DNA of 64,000 bases from an uncultured Lachnospiraceae bacterium (GTDB lineage: Bacteria; Bacillota; Clostridia; Lachnospirales; Lachnospiraceae): positions 3,934 through 67,933 of the forward strand of contig CANOCU010000003.1 in the NCBI GenBank assembly GCA_947564645.1, read 5' to 3'. Under the pieces are notes generated by a model that was given only the letters and a program-made list of their open reading frames with translations, ran no database searches and had not been told where the DNA came from. Positions within the stretch are counted from its first letter, which is position 1, and each line of letters starts with the position of its first letter. The position numbers were made by a program, and so were the translations under genes. Positions 46,950 to 56,839 of this stretch are shown here, in pieces.

Positions 46950-47636
46950 TTAGCCTCTGATCCACAATTTGCAGCGCTCCAGATCAAGCGGTGTGGTAAC
47001 CTTGAAATTCTGCTCATCTCCCGGAATCATGGCAATGTCCATTCCTGCCATGACTGCCGGTTCCGTAGAGCCATTGATCTTCTCAATAATATCCGGATTA
47101 AGCCTTTTATTCGCCCGATAATACTTAATCAGGTGAAATGCCTCCGGCGCCTGCCCCAGATAAACCTTATCCCGTTGCAAAAGGGACGTAACCCGTCTAT
47201 TCTCACCCAAATACACCGTATCCTTCATCTGCAGCACCGGCATCGCTCCCTCATGCTTCGCGCAGGCCGCCACACACGCAGAGATCAGGGATTTCGTGAC
47301 AAACGGCCTTACCGCATCATGAATAATAATAATATCCGACCCGCGCGCAGACGGCATGATAACATCCAACGCATTTATGATCGAATGCTGTCTGCTCGGT
47401 CCGGGCTTCGCAAATCCACTAAATTTCAGTAAAGCTGCCTCCGGCAGCTGCTTGTAGATCTTTTCACGCCACTGCTCGTCGGCAACAATCTGAATCGCAT
47501 CAATCTTCGGATGAGTACTGACTGCCTCCAGACAATGAGTAATGATCATCTTACCTTCTATCGATATGTATTGCTTCGGTATGTCACGCCCCAGGCGTTT
47601 TCCAATTCCCCCTGCCAGTATCAATGCAATGTTCAT
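46950..47636 (-). CDS. IspD/TarI-family cytidylyltransferase
   Basis: LAGGIGKRLG..IPKQY, IHDAVRPF, GQAPEAF, NFKVTTPLDL. Confidence 0.87.
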   Translation of the reverse strand: MNIALILAGGIGKRLGRDIPKQYISIEGKMIITHCLEAVSTHPKIDAIQIVADEQWREKIYKQLPEAALLKFSGFAKPGPSRQHSIINALDVIMPSARGSDIIIIHDAVRPFVTKSLISACVAACAKHEGAMPVLQMKDTVYLGENRRVTSLLQRDKVYLGQAPEAFHLIKYYRANKRLNPDIIEKINGSTEPAVMAGMDIAMIPGDEQNFKVTTPLDLERCKLWIRG

Positions 47637-47661
47637 AGCAGCCTCCCCCTTCGTTCTTCTT

Positions 47662-48345
47662 CTAAAACTTTAGTTTCCTGATATCCGCCAGAATCTCTCC
47701 GTAGGGCTTCTTCTTCCCAAATAGAAGCGTTGTTCCCAACACGAACCCGTCGATTCCCTTGGGAGCATAGGTGGCGATTCGGTCCGCACTGCAGGCGCCA
47801 TCCCAGTAGATCTGAAAGTTCATCTCCTCCTTCAGCGCCAACAGTCTGGTGATCTTCTCCCCGACATACGGCATAAACATCTGCCCCGCATTTCCGGGGT
47901 TTACCGTCATTACCAGAACCTTCTTCACGATCCGCAGCATCTCCATGACCGTCTCCACACTGGTGCCCGGATTGATCGCAATCCCCGGCGTCAGCCCGGC
48001 ATTGATAATCTTCTGCAGGGTTGTGGACGGATGATACTCCGCCTCCGGATGAATATAGATTGTATCCCCCTTACGAAGACGGTCTGTAAAAAGTTCTACC
48101 GTATGATTCGGATGTTCCACCATCAAATGTACATCAAGCGGCTTCTTCGTCGCAGAAGCAATATACGCCATATCATTTAATGACATGGCAAAATTTGGGA
48201 CATATCGTCCGTCCATAATGTCAATATGAAAGGAGTCGATCCCTCCCTTCTCCAAGTCCCGTACTTCCTTTTCCAGATTGCCATAATTAGCACACATCAT
48301 GGATGCCATCAGTTCAAAGCTCATACATCTCCCCTTCGCCTTCAT
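47662..48345 (-). CDS. Ribulose-phosphate 3-epimerase family protein (Rpe/AlsE-like)
   Basis: FHIDIMDGRYVPN, DVHLMV, VLVMTVNPG..GQ, WDG. Confidence 0.85.
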   Translation of the reverse strand: MKAKGRCMSFELMASMMCANYGNLEKEVRDLEKGGIDSFHIDIMDGRYVPNFAMSLNDMAYIASATKKPLDVHLMVEHPNHTVELFTDRLRKGDTIYIHPEAEYHPSTTLQKIINAGLTPGIAINPGTSVETVMEMLRIVKKVLVMTVNPGNAGQMFMPYVGEKITRLLALKEEMNFQIYWDGACSADRIATYAPKGIDGFVLGTTLLFGKKKPYGEILADIRKLKF

Positions 48346-48403
48346 AATTCAAAAAAGCCCGCTACCTAAAATGACCTACCATTAGTATAGCGGACTTTTT
48401 CGC

Positions 48404-48788
48404 TTAAGACAATCTATAACTGTGATAGACGTTACACTTTGTTCGTTTTATTTTCGTAAGCTCTTCTTCCGCCAAAAACAGATTGTACAGGCGTGTTTCA
48501 AAAATGCGGTTCGCCACCTGTATGCTCCCCTCCGTATTTACGATATATCCAAACATGAACGCCAGGCTCACTGCCGGTAAATCCGGATTATATGACACTC
48601 TTTTCCCCTGAAGTCAAATGCCTCGCGGCATTCGCCAAATACTCGTGCAAGCACGGTACTTGGCTCATTGCTCGCGGAAATAAAACTGCCTTAAGCATCT
48701 GTTTCATCTCCGAATATTCTTCTGGCTGGCGAACCATATAATGTTTCTGCGGATAGCATGCCCCTGTGATATTAAACCTACGCTTCAT
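48404..48788 (-). pseudogene. Internally deleted remnant of an AAA-like ATPase gene
   Basis: N-terminal MKRRFNITGACYPQKHYMV joined out of frame to YNPD...MFGYIVN...ANRIFETRLYNLFL; Walker motifs missing. Confidence 0.6.
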
Positions 48789-48905
48789 TTTCGTCCGTCC
48801 TTTTTGAATATTCCGTAAATCTATCGCCTGACTGTCGTTATTTATCTATTGTAGTCGATGAACAGCCGAAATACAATACAGAAATTTATAAGCGGACCTA
48901 CATCA

Positions 48906-50462
48906 TTATTGTTCCACTTTCGCAATGCCAAGCGACTCCAATATTCGCTGACAACTCTGATCATCTTGATACTTATGCATTTTCTCCCTTAACCTTCTTC
49001 TTTTATCCGCCATAATATCACACTGTCCTGCCGTCTCCTCTACAAAAGCACACACATCCTCAAATGTAAATATCTCCCTGCCCGGAAGCCAGTCCCTGAT
49101 ATTGTCAAAAACAAATCCCCGACTCTGCTCATATTCCTCTACATCTTCCAGCATAAAAGCGATTGGCCTGTCCAGAAGCATATAATCCACTGCCGCTGAG
49201 GAATAATCACTAATCAAGGCATCTGCCCAGCCAAGCAGGCGGTTGACCGGAATATCGTATTGAAAAAGGTCTTCATTTTCAAGCAAAAGGATATTACTGC
49301 AATCTTCACAATGCACCGTCTCCCTGTTCTGAAAGGGATGGAGCTTTATTAGCAACAGGATATCCTGCTCCCGTAAAATTGTATTCAACCACCTCATTTT
49401 CTCACGCGTGCTGACAACCGGCAGTCCAGTTTCCGATTCCAGCTCGTATTCATTCAGCTGTGCCAGTTTCTGCTCCGTAGAACGGAACGTCGGCAGCCAG
49501 AATAGGTACTTCTTTGCCGGCGGTATGCGAAGCTTCTGCCTGTCAGCCTCGTCCGGATGAAAAAGCCAGTCCTCCTTCGCATAACCGGTGACCAGGACCT
49601 GATCTGGCCTGAGCCCATAAATATCTGCATGAATATCCGCATATAAGTCACTGATCACCGTCGTGTACTCATAACGCTGCTCACAGCGCACAAAATTCAC
49701 CCGCGTCTTAAATCCGCAGCCATGCCAGAGCTGAACCCTGATCTGATCCTTTCTGCAGTTTCTGGCAAAGCCATAGGCATCCGTAAAAAATAGATACCTT
49801 GCAAGGCACAATGCCCGATAATAGGCATCTCTTTCTCCCTGCTTCTCAGAGACCGACCAGTCAAATGACAAGAATCTCACGTTCTCCACGGCACTGTATC
49901 TGTCAAATTCTGCCGGATCCTTGACAAACCACACCAGTTCATAGCTGTGATTAAGGCCCTCTGCAAGCGCATATTCAAACAGCGCCCTCGCATTATCCGC
50001 AAAGTCCATTCCCTTCACATAAGAGCCTGCATGCGGACCGCTGCGAAAGATGATCAGATTCTCCAACGGCCTCTTTTCGTAAATTCTCCGGTAATGCTCT
50101 TCGTATTCAGTCTCCCGATTGACGAAATAATAAATGTCCGCATCTAAGGTCCAGGCACTCTCATCCATAATTGCCGTAATCTTCTGAAATGCCTCCCGGT
50201 AGTAATCGCTGGTGATCACGATCACAGCCCGATCCTGGAAAGCCTGCCGTATGTCTATGATATCCCGTACTTCCAATACTCTGCCCCGAAACGTAAAGCA
50301 GCCCTTATTTCTCTCATTGGTGTCCACGATAAAAGAAATAGCATGCAACACATCATACCGGTCACACAACTCGGTCAGATAGGAAACAGACTTTTCGTAG
50401 AGGCAAATCTGTCTGCCTGCTATTGCCGCAATATTTTCCTCCATAAGCTTCCGTAACGTCAT
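48906..50462 (-). CDS. CDP-glycerol/ribitol glycerophosphotransferase family (TagF/TarF-like)
   Basis: VQLWHGCGFK, TGYAKEDWL, WLPTFRS, KLHP, LISDYSSAAVDYMLLDRP. Confidence 0.87.
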   Translation of the reverse strand: MTLRKLMEENIAAIAGRQICLYEKSVSYLTELCDRYDVLHAISFIVDTNERNKGCFTFRGRVLEVRDIIDIRQAFQDRAVIVITSDYYREAFQKITAIMDESAWTLDADIYYFVNRETEYEEHYRRIYEKRPLENLIIFRSGPHAGSYVKGMDFADNARALFEYALAEGLNHSYELVWFVKDPAEFDRYSAVENVRFLSFDWSVSEKQGERDAYYRALCLARYLFFTDAYGFARNCRKDQIRVQLWHGCGFKTRVNFVRCEQRYEYTTVISDLYADIHADIYGLRPDQVLVTGYAKEDWLFHPDEADRQKLRIPPAKKYLFWLPTFRSTEQKLAQLNEYELESETGLPVVSTREKMRWLNTILREQDILLLIKLHPFQNRETVHCEDCSNILLLENEDLFQYDIPVNRLLGWADALISDYSSAAVDYMLLDRPIAFMLEDVEEYEQSRGFVFDNIRDWLPGREIFTFEDVCAFVEETAGQCDIMADKRRRLREKMHKYQDDQSCQRILESLGIAKVEQ

Positions 50463-50463
50463 A

Positions 50464-51402
50464 TCAAAAACTCCCTGCTATATCATTTACGTAGATCTCA
50501 TTCTCTTTTGTTTTCGTCAGAAGCTTATACCCTCTTTGCGTAAGCAATTTCTCAATTCTGCTGCCTGCAGAAGTCTCCACGCAGATCAAATCGATCGGAT
50601 ATTTTACATGATCAAGACGACACAACAGGTTATAGTCCATTCCCTCCGTATCCAAATCCAATACATTGGGATAAGTCTCAAAATTCTCGGCAATGATCGC
50701 ATTAATGTCTTTCGTCGCTATCATTCTGACATTATGGTTCATCCCCCGCTTCTGCGCCACCTCTTCCGAGAAGGTATTCAGTCCCGGATGAAGCGGGTCA
50801 TAATAATAAGCCAACTCACCCGCACCTTCCCGGGGTAAGGCCCCCAAATTTACGACCTTGTTAAGCGGTCTGTATTCCTGTGCCAGCTCACACATCTGCA
50901 TATTTGGCTCCACCAGGATCCCGTTATGAAAACCATCCTCATAGAAAAGATAAGTATTGTTCCTAACCACCGGATGGCAGACACCGATATCCATATAGGA
51001 AAACTCCTTATATCTTTCCTTCATATAAGCAAGCATGATCAGGTCTTCTCGATCTGCGGCATAAGAAGATGCCCTGCCTTCAGCGTCAAGAAGCCGTGCC
51101 ACGATCGTGTCTGCCCCCGGCAGAAGCGCTTCCACCTGCCGCAGAATCTCCGTCTCGATATTAGGATAAATAACGATCAGCACAGAGTCTTGATTATGAT
51201 ACTGTCTGATCGCGTCAACTCCCTGCACGACTATCCCGTTTATGATCTTACCGACATTCCTGCCCTCTCCGTCTATCATATGGTCAAACTGATAAGTGGT
51301 GTGCTCATAAAATTTGCTAAATTCTACACCTGCTCCCCATCCGATCACAGTCTTGTATTGTTTTCGTAATCGTTTATAATCCTGTTTCTCTTTCAATCTC
51401 AT
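50464..51402 (-). CDS. FkbM-family methyltransferase with N-terminal Rossmann-like module
   Basis: YMDIGVCHP..NNTY, VEPN, LDLDTEGMD, ICVE. Confidence 0.78.
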   Translation of the reverse strand: MRLKEKQDYKRLRKQYKTVIGWGAGVEFSKFYEHTTYQFDHMIDGEGRNVGKIINGIVVQGVDAIRQYHNQDSVLIVIYPNIETEILRQVEALLPGADTIVARLLDAEGRASSYAADREDLIMLAYMKERYKEFSYMDIGVCHPVVRNNTYLFYEDGFHNGILVEPNMQMCELAQEYRPLNKVVNLGALPREGAGELAYYYDPLHPGLNTFSEEVAQKRGMNHNVRMIATKDINAIIAENFETYPNVLDLDTEGMDYNLLCRLDHVKYPIDLICVETSAGSRIEKLLTQRGYKLLTKTKENEIYVNDIAGSF

Positions 51403-51595
51403 AAACTGCTCCCTGGCTGACCCCTGCGACTCTCTCGTCCAAAAGTGTTTCCCAATACCGCAGATGATCCCTCATCTGACATTTTGGACAGATATCATCA
51501 TGCGCCTGCCTGCCCATACACTCCAACCGGTCTCTGTACCGATCTAAGAGCACTATCTTCCCTGCCATATCCGAAATAAAAATGTCTAAGTTCAC
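51374..51595 (-). CDS. Hypothetical 73-aa protein or gene fragment
   Basis: GTG start with AGGA RBS just outside the IS end; CPKC motif; overlaps the next gene. Confidence 0.35.
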   Translation of the reverse strand: MNLDIFISDMAGKIVLLDRYRDRLECMGRQAHDDICPKCQMRDHLRYWETLLDERVAGVSQGAVYEIERETGL

Positions 51596-51626
51596 AAATT
51601 CCTACTTAACATTTTACAAACTATTT

Positions 51627-52613
51627 GGTGTTAGTCAGAAAATAGGGTGATAAACAATTTCTGGCTAAATTAATAGTAATCCTGCTGTCTTTACATCCCG
51701 GCAGGAAAGTGTTCGTCTGATCCCACTCACTGTTAAGAGCGATGATATGATCCGATCCGCCGAAGTCTTTCTGCTGTGCATTCATATACAGCACTGAACA
51801 ATGCATTATACCTGTTCAAATAATTTATGGAAATCCCACGGTAAAATTCAAACTTCTTTCGTGACATCTTTTACAATACAGCTCTCTGTTGCTTCCGGAG
51901 TTTTATAGCTTTTGAGTCCATCACACAGAACAAGCATGTTTTCAGATATGCAGCCGCTAAAGACTTTCTGCAATTCCTGCGATATAGGTTTGTCACGGTT
52001 TACTGTTCCCGCTATCTACGCCGCCTTTACGCTATACACCAGAACAAATGCAGACGTATACGTTAAAAATCCCTCTTTTTCTGCTTTTGCACCATGTTTG
52101 CGGAGTTTATATCAAACAGAATCAGGAAGCTTCTTTCCTTTATAGGACTCCGAAACATAAGTCTCATCCATCTCAGAAACATCCTGCAAGCATGACCACT
52201 GCTCTTCCAACAGATCTGCAAAGGTGATCAGAAATTTTTGCCGTATATGAAATACAAGGTCATGAGGCAGACCAAGTCTTTTTGCAGTAAAGTCAACGGT
52301 ATCCCCGGAAAAGGAACCATCTATGACCGCTTCCCAGATCTCGCGCGACTAGCGGGAATTGGCCATCAGGGTATTTGTCGTGAAAACAAAAGTTTTCTCA
52401 CAATCTTTACAGCGGTATACCTGTTTGTCGCATTTATGGCCATTGCGGACGATTGCTTCTTCCGAAAGCTTTGCTATAATGTTGGTTGGTTTTGTTCAAG
52501 TTTCAACTGCCATATATGAACTATCTCCCTGTACGTAATACCCCATGATAGCACTTTATTTTTCTTTTAAAATGGACTTATAGAGCTTATCACCACATTT
52601 TCTGACTAACACC
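51627..52613 (-). mobile_element. IS1595-family insertion sequence with decayed transposase
   Basis: 27-bp TIRs GGTGTTAGTCAGAAAAT(AG/GT)GGTGATAA (2 mismatches); perfect 8-bp TSD AACTATTT at 51619-26 and 52614-21; transposase remnant from ATG 52513 with Zn ribbon RNGH...YRCKDCEKTF, EMDETY, LCDGLKSY, YRGISINYLNRY and several stops or frameshifts. Confidence 0.9.
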
Positions 52614-52647
52614 AACTATTTTGATCCGTCCTCTATTTTGTCTTTAA

Positions 52648-53835
52648 TCATTCTACTTTCTTCATAACAAATGTACATGAAAAATCATCTTGCCCGCTCA
52701 ACTTATCCTGATAAACTTCCATCGGAATACATTCATTTGCGTATGCTATTTCAAAAATTCTTTTCTGGGGCAATATGTGCATTTCCATTTTACCATCATG
52801 CAAACTGTCCATATATGCATTGATTTTAAACTCATACGCCTCTCTATAAGTCGGCACTTGAAATATTGCGACTCCTCCGATTTTAAGCGATCTCAGCATC
52901 TCTTGCAAAATATACTCAATAACAGGTGGAACATTATGCTGTAACACTATTATGCTATAAACCACATCCACTTTCGGCATCCTGCAATAGTCTTCCATAC
53001 ATTTATATAATTCGAATGAAACATTTGCTTCCTGAACCATCATTGAAGCAATTTCCATATTTCCTGCAGAAACATCTATTGCTATTACTTTATTAAATGC
53101 CTGTGACAAGTGTTTCGTCACCCTGCCTACTCCACATCCCACTTCTGTAATATCCATACTCTTTGCATCACGCTTATCCTTAATGATATCATTTCTGATT
53201 AATGTCTGTATAATTGCTGAAAGCTGTTCTTTTCCAGAAGCATAGAAATCGGCTAGTTCCTTTTCACCTATGTTCTCAAGCAAATATCTCTTATTTGTCA
53301 AAACAGACCAATATGGCTGACTACTGCCTAACTGTGACCATGTCTGACGCGTCATCTCGAAAATTGTTTCTCGCTGCAGGCTATCACACTCTTCAATATA
53401 AAGTTTCTCGCTACACATAGGGAAAAAGATATTATCATATTCCAAAGAAGCGATATCGCAAATTGATTTGCCTTTAAAAAATTTAAGCTGTGCCCAAAGT
53501 TCATCATAAACCTCCGCATTGCTTACCGCAAACAACACAACATAATCCTCAGCACTTATCGTTTTAATGTCATGTATGCTTAGAATGTCTTCTCGCAATT
53601 TGGACAATCCATTATCAACTATTGCAAGCTCCTGAATGCCATATTTTTTATTTAGCAAATATTTAACTCTCTTACCCCAATTACCAAACGGAAAAATAAC
53701 GAATTTATCGTTTACCAGATTCCTCTCTATTGCACAAAGAATCTTTCTATCATTTATAGTCATACTAAATTGTATTCCTCCCACTTTTTCTATCATATGT
53801 CGGCTTTTGAAACATTTTCGGCTAATATCCTCCAC
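52648..53835 (-). CDS. Class I SAM-dependent methyltransferase with N-terminal Rossmann-like module
   Basis: TEVGCGVGRV, IDVS, DVVYSIIVLQH. Confidence 0.82.
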   Translation of the reverse strand: MEDISRKCFKSRHMIEKVGGIQFSMTINDRKILCAIERNLVNDKFVIFPFGNWGKRVKYLLNKKYGIQELAIVDNGLSKLREDILSIHDIKTISAEDYVVLFAVSNAEVYDELWAQLKFFKGKSICDIASLEYDNIFFPMCSEKLYIEECDSLQRETIFEMTRQTWSQLGSSQPYWSVLTNKRYLLENIGEKELADFYASGKEQLSAIIQTLIRNDIIKDKRDAKSMDITEVGCGVGRVTKHLSQAFNKVIAIDVSAGNMEIASMMVQEANVSFELYKCMEDYCRMPKVDVVYSIIVLQHNVPPVIEYILQEMLRSLKIGGVAIFQVPTYREAYEFKINAYMDSLHDGKMEMHILPQKRIFEIAYANECIPMEVYQDKLSGQDDFSCTFVMKKVE

Positions 53836-54938
53836 CTTGTCGCTTCTTTGCGTTGATTCAAATATTCGTTAGGCTGCCACTCAGAATTAAAATGATGTAT
53901 GCCCCTTGTTTCATCACATTGCAGATAATTATATAAAAAGAAATCATCTTTAGGCGTATAAAATCTTCGTGGAAGCAAAAGCATATTATTAACTAGCTGC
54001 ATGTCACCATTTAATTTAAAACCGGCTTTGTCAAAACTATCATTAATCCACACTGGTTGGACATATTTTGTCATCTGAGGAATTCCATTCCGATCCAAGA
54101 ACTCCTCGTTTTCATATAATTTTAACAGCAAACCAATAAACATATTATATCTGACACTGCCGAATCCCGAACCTAATTCAATCATATGTCTCATCCCAAA
54201 ATTAAAAAAAGCATCAAATTGCAATAACGGAGTGAAATCCTGAAGCAATTCGACATCCATATCCAAATAAATTCCCCCATAATGATAGATTATATCAAGT
54301 CGAGCGTAATCCGATACAAATGCCCACTTCTTTTTTTCATATGCCTGCTTTATAAATAAATTTTTACCACAGTCATAGGAATCCGCATCCCATTCAACAA
54401 TCTCATAATCGGGACACACCCGCTTCCAACTGTCAATACAACTCTGATATTTGAAAGGTTTCTTTTCACCACTGAACCAGAAACAATGAATTTTCTTTTC
54501 TATTTTATTTCCTACAATTGATCTTGAACTATGTCCCTGGTTCAGCATACTTAATATCTCGGGATCATCTTTGCCATCTGAAACAAGCCAGATTAACGGC
54601 ATAATGAAACATTCTATTTCATCAGGAAGGTTTCGCGAAATAAGCTGTTCATACATTTCATCAAGATATGTCGTCCCGCACAGCAAGACGATCCCTCTTT
54701 TGATCGACTTTAAAAAATCGACTCCATAAATATCATACTCCCGTCCTAAAACATTAATTATTTCTCCCTTTCTTCCATTATCAATGTACCCCACAACTCT
54801 TTTGTGGATATTTTGATAAATAACCTTTTGGGACAATCGCCGATAGAAATCACCCACACCATATATATATATATCTTTATGCTCGATATACTTTATGAAT
54901 TCGTCAATTGGTATATTTTTTGTTATCACCAAGATCAC
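53793..54938 (-). CDS. GT32 (OCH1/CapJ-like) glycosyltransferase with N-terminal module
   Basis: IEKKIHCFWF, CIDSWKRVCPDYEI, AFVSDYARL, GGIYLDMDVE. Confidence 0.85.
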   Translation of the reverse strand: MILVITKNIPIDEFIKYIEHKDIYIYGVGDFYRRLSQKVIYQNIHKRVVGYIDNGRKGEIINVLGREYDIYGVDFLKSIKRGIVLLCGTTYLDEMYEQLISRNLPDEIECFIMPLIWLVSDGKDDPEILSMLNQGHSSRSIVGNKIEKKIHCFWFSGEKKPFKYQSCIDSWKRVCPDYEIVEWDADSYDCGKNLFIKQAYEKKKWAFVSDYARLDIIYHYGGIYLDMDVELLQDFTPLLQFDAFFNFGMRHMIELGSGFGSVRYNMFIGLLLKLYENEEFLDRNGIPQMTKYVQPVWINDSFDKAGFKLNGDMQLVNNMLLLPRRFYTPKDDFFLYNYLQCDETRGIHHFNSEWQPNEYLNQRKEATRWRILAENVSKADI

Positions 54939-55040
54939 CTGTCACTTTGCTCAGATCAATTATTTCTGCATTCATCACATCAATCAAATATCACAACCAA
55001 CTCGCCTTTCAATCATTACGCAAGAAACCTGATATATTAT

Positions 55041-55517
55041 TTATACTCCATACAGAATATCCTCCATTGATATAATTGGGCAGCCTATTTTCTTGGACAA
55101 AGCATCCTCAATCTCGTCAAAAAATGTTATCGCAGTAACAATAACTGCATCAACTTCAGGCAGTTCATCCTCCGGTCTCAATATATCAATATCCGCATAA
55201 ATTGTATCAGCATTTTTATCTATTCCGTACTTAACCTCAATGTTCGAATTTAACAATTCATCCATCAACGTTTCTCCAACATAGTTCATTCCATAGATAG
55301 CGATGGATTTGTACCCTTCTGTTTCTAAATAGAGAGCTATTGATTTATTCTCCTGTTTAACCTTTACCCACTGGTTCATCATAAGATACAGAGCAAGATG
55401 CTTCTCAGACATTTTTGATTTATAATCAACCTTGTCTTTCAAAGTTTTTCCTACCCCTGCAGCTCCTAAAGCCGCGCCCCCTACAGCAAATAATGCAGCG
55501 ATTATTCCTTTTTTCAT
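55041..55517 (-). CDS. Hypothetical membrane-anchored protein with Rossmann-like module
   Basis: N-terminal hydrophobic Gly/Ala stretch; IAIYGMNYVG...GIDK...DAVIVT. Confidence 0.7.
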   Translation of the reverse strand: MKKGIIAALFAVGGAALGAAGVGKTLKDKVDYKSKMSEKHLALYLMMNQWVKVKQENKSIALYLETEGYKSIAIYGMNYVGETLMDELLNSNIEVKYGIDKNADTIYADIDILRPEDELPEVDAVIVTAITFFDEIEDALSKKIGCPIISMEDILYGV

Positions 55518-55621
55518 ATCATTTTTCTCCTTTTTTAATTTTTTAAAAAGCGCTTAGTAAACTCACTAACCACTTAATTTTATATGGTTTTCTTACTTTC
55601 AGATAAACGATCACCAATTAC

Positions 55622-56791
55622 TTATACTTCTTCAATTAATGAACTAACATTTTCCACAACATACTGCCAGTCATAATTATTTCTCACAAATTCTAATCCG
55701 CATTCTGCCATCTGAGAATAAGCTTCTTTATTTGTGAGCATATAGTCCAATGCCCTCTCAAACTCTGTATAATTTGAATAATAAAGTCCGGCATTACTTC
55801 TTATACACTGTCCCTTTAAAACCTCACATTCCTCATTGACTAGAACCGGCCTTCCTAACGCCATACTTTCAAGAATAACTAGAGACAGGCTTTCATACAT
55901 GGAAGGCATAATCAACAATTGTGCATTTTTCATAAAAGCTATCTTATCCTCTTCCGAAACATACCCTAAATAGATAATATCATCATGATAAGCAAGTTTC
56001 TCCTCACTATCCACTCTCCCTAAGACCAATAATTTCAATTCTGTATTATGTTCCCTTTTATATTGGATAAAATATCTGTTTAACTGTCTAAAATTCTTCC
56101 CTCTTGCAACTCTTCCAACATAAATAACATAATCATGATACTGTTCATATCCTCTCGGCATCCTTGCATAGCATATATTTGGCAAATCAATTCCCACACA
56201 AGTCAACCGCCCTGGTTTGTCTCCCGTACCAAATTTATCAATTAAAAACCGTCTTTCCTCTACACTGTTATACAAAAAAGCCTTTGCAGCAAAAAATGTC
56301 CTCCGGCATATATCTTTATAAATATTTGATTCATCGTGCGCCGTAGGAATAAGGATAGTATGTTCCAGCCCTAACTGTAACCCTACAATAGTAGGATAAA
56401 AATTATACCCGAAAAAAATGACCGTTCTATACAAAGATGCCTTATTTTTTAAAGCAGTAATTAATTGAGGACAGTATGGCCCCACCTCTTCGATCCATTC
56501 CGTCTCTGCGCCTTGATCCCCTCTATTTACTCTTGCCGACAGTTCACGCACATATGCCTCATCTTTTATTTTTTCAACAGGAAATCTGTATACAGTAACG
56601 CCATTTAGCACAGACGCGCCAATAGAATAATAATTATCCCACGGCATATAATCTCTGGCACAGCTAGTAAGAACGTCCACATCATATCTCTCTAATAAAT
56701 GTTCCGCCAAAACCCGACAATGGTATTCAGCTCCGCCATTTACTTCCCTTCCATATCTTTGTACAACAAACACAATTCTATCTTTTTCCAT
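55622..56791 (-). CDS. GT4 glycosyltransferase
   Basis: FVVQRYG..VNGGAE, YVGRV, PSMYESLSLVILESMALGRPV. Confidence 0.88.
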   Translation of the reverse strand: MEKDRIVFVVQRYGREVNGGAEYHCRVLAEHLLERYDVDVLTSCARDYMPWDNYYSIGASVLNGVTVYRFPVEKIKDEAYVRELSARVNRGDQGAETEWIEEVGPYCPQLITALKNKASLYRTVIFFGYNFYPTIVGLQLGLEHTILIPTAHDESNIYKDICRRTFFAAKAFLYNSVEERRFLIDKFGTGDKPGRLTCVGIDLPNICYARMPRGYEQYHDYVIYVGRVARGKNFRQLNRYFIQYKREHNTELKLLVLGRVDSEEKLAYHDDIIYLGYVSEEDKIAFMKNAQLLIMPSMYESLSLVILESMALGRPVLVNEECEVLKGQCIRSNAGLYYSNYTEFERALDYMLTNKEAYSQMAECGLEFVRNNYDWQYVVENVSSLIEEV

Positions 56792-56839
56792 ATATTTTTA
56801 TCCACCATTCCTATAATCAAACATAAAAAATAGAATCCA

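Noticed and set aside
46950-47636. Calling this gene housekeeping ispD
   Set aside because: No ispF is adjacent, and the context (polyol dehydrogenase, TagF-like transferase) favours a TarI-like role; gene symbol left blank.
51621-52519. Short ORFs 51621-51806, 51912-52145 and 52238-52519
   Set aside because: They lie inside the IS1595 remnant and are antisense or out-of-frame fragments of the decayed transposase.
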